The translations under genes were made by a program, and so were the position numbers. From Eledone cirrhosa (Eukaryota), in NCBI GenBank assembly GCA_964016885.1, contig CAXHJY010000861.1, positions 1 through 64,000 of the forward strand: a DNA stretch of 64,000 nt, written 5' to 3'. The first letter of the stretch is position 1. Each line of letters opens with the position of its first letter. Positions 62,361 through 64,000 of this stretch are shown piece by piece. Under the pieces are notes generated by a model that saw only the letters and a program-made list of their open reading frames with translations, was not told the DNA's origin and did not search any database.

Positions 62361-63938
62361 GTAGGTTACTAGTTCCTACATCACAGTAACTATCTCTGAT
62401 AGTGCAACAGTAGGCTACTAGTTCCTACATCACAGTAACTATCTCTGATAGTCCTACAGTAGGTTACTAGTTCCTACATCACAGTAACTATCTGTGATAG
62501 TCCAACAGTAGGTTACTAGTTCCTACATCACAGTTACTATCTCTGATAGTCCTACAGTAGGTTACTAGTTCCTACATCACCAACTTACGCTGATAGTCCA
62601 ACAGTAGGTTACTAGTTCCTACATCACACCAACTATCTCTGATAGTCCAACAGTAGGTTACTAGTTCCTACATCACAGTAACTATCTCTGATAGTCCTAC
62701 AGTAGGTTACTAGTTCCTACATCACAGTAACTATCTGTGATAGTCCAACAGTAGGTTACTAGTTCCTACATCACAGTTACTATCTCTGATAGTCCTACAG
62801 TAGGTTACTAGTTCCTACATCACCAACTATCTCTGATAGTCCAACAGTAGGTTACTAGTTCCTACATCACACCAACTATCTCTGATAGTCCAACAGTAGG
62901 TTTCTAGTTCCTACATCACAGCAACTATCTCTGATAGTCCAACAGTAGGTTACTAGTTCCTACATCACAGTAACTATCTCTGATAATCCAACAGTAGGTT
63001 ACTAGTCCCTACATCGCAGTAACTATCTCTGATAGTCCAACAGTAGGTTACTAGTTCCTACATCACACCAACTATCTCTGATAGTCCTACAGTAGGTTAC
63101 TAGTTCTTACATCACAGTAACTATCTCTGATAATCCAACAGTAGGTTACTAGTTCCTACATCACACCAACTATCTCTGATAGTCCAACTGTAGGTTACTA
63201 GTTCCTACATCACAGCAACTATCTCTGATAGTCCAACAGTAGGTTACTAGTTCCTACATCACAGTAACTATCTCTGATAATCCAACAGTAGGTTACTAGT
63301 TCCTACATCACACCAACTATCTCTGATAGTCCAACTGTAGGTTACTAGTTCCTACATCACAGCAACTATCTCTGATAGTCCAACAGTAGGTTACTAGTTC
63401 TTACATCACAGTAACTATCTCTGATAATCCAACAGTAGGTTACTAGTTCCTACATCACACCAACTATCTCTGATAGTCCAACTGTAGGTTACTAGTTCCT
63501 ACATCACAGCAACTATCTCTGATAGTCCAACAGTAGGTTACTATTTCCTACATCACACCAACTATCTCTGATAGTCCAACAGTAGGTTACTAGTTCCTAC
63601 ATCACACCAACTATCTCTGATAGTCCAACAGTAGGTTACTAGTTCCTACATCACAGTAACTATCTCTGATAATCCAACAGTAGGTTACTAGTCCCTACAT
63701 CGCAGTAACTATCTCTGATAATCCAACAGTAGGTTACTAGTTCCTACATCACAGTAACTATCTCTGATAATCCAACAGTAGGTTACTAGTTCCTACATCA
63801 CAGTAACTATCTCTGATAATCCAACAGTAGGTTACTAGTTCCTACATCACACCAACTACCTCTGATAGTCCTACAGTAGGTTACTAGTTCTTACATCACA
63901 GTAACTATCTCTGATAGTCCTACAGTAGGTTACTAGTT
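62361..63938. repeat. 49-bp tandem satellite (~32 copies; AGTAGGTTACTAGTTCCTACATCACAGTAACTATCTCTGATAGTCCAAC)
   Basis: Period of 49 (62409, 62458 and on). Intronic if the SKA3-like gene continues beyond the window. Confidence 0.96.
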
Positions 63939-64000
63939 TAACAAAAATCGGCAACTCGCTATTTCTGGGATGGCTGTTCCTTCGGTATAAAGTAACGTTC

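Overview
Eukaryotic (metazoan) genomic DNA, most likely an octopod cephalopod. This is inferred from the SINE types, the RTE/Penelope content and the very long (TA)n tracts. Most of the window is nested retroelements: several RTE-clade LINE families (three with a PHD finger inside the RT, one with an uninterrupted 980-codon ORF), a CR1 LINE, a CRE-like RLE fragment, and several Penelope-like elements or hairpin pseudo-LTRs carrying at least five different hammerhead ribozyme motifs. It also holds a DD37D-type Tc1/mariner transposon split by a LINE, tRNA-derived SINEs with swapped LINE tails, and tandem repeats (a 41-bp satellite at the left end and a 49-bp satellite derived from RTE coding sequence at the right end). 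The 5' part of one host gene lies among the repeats on the + strand and is not resolved by the ORF track. It has a promoter with ETS/CRE/CDE-CHR/E2F motifs near 39.5-39.7 kb and two spliced coding exons (52106-52264, 60995-61145) that together encode a SKA3-like N-terminus. No prokaryotic features or CRISPR arrays are present. All family assignments come from motif recognition by eye, without database searches.
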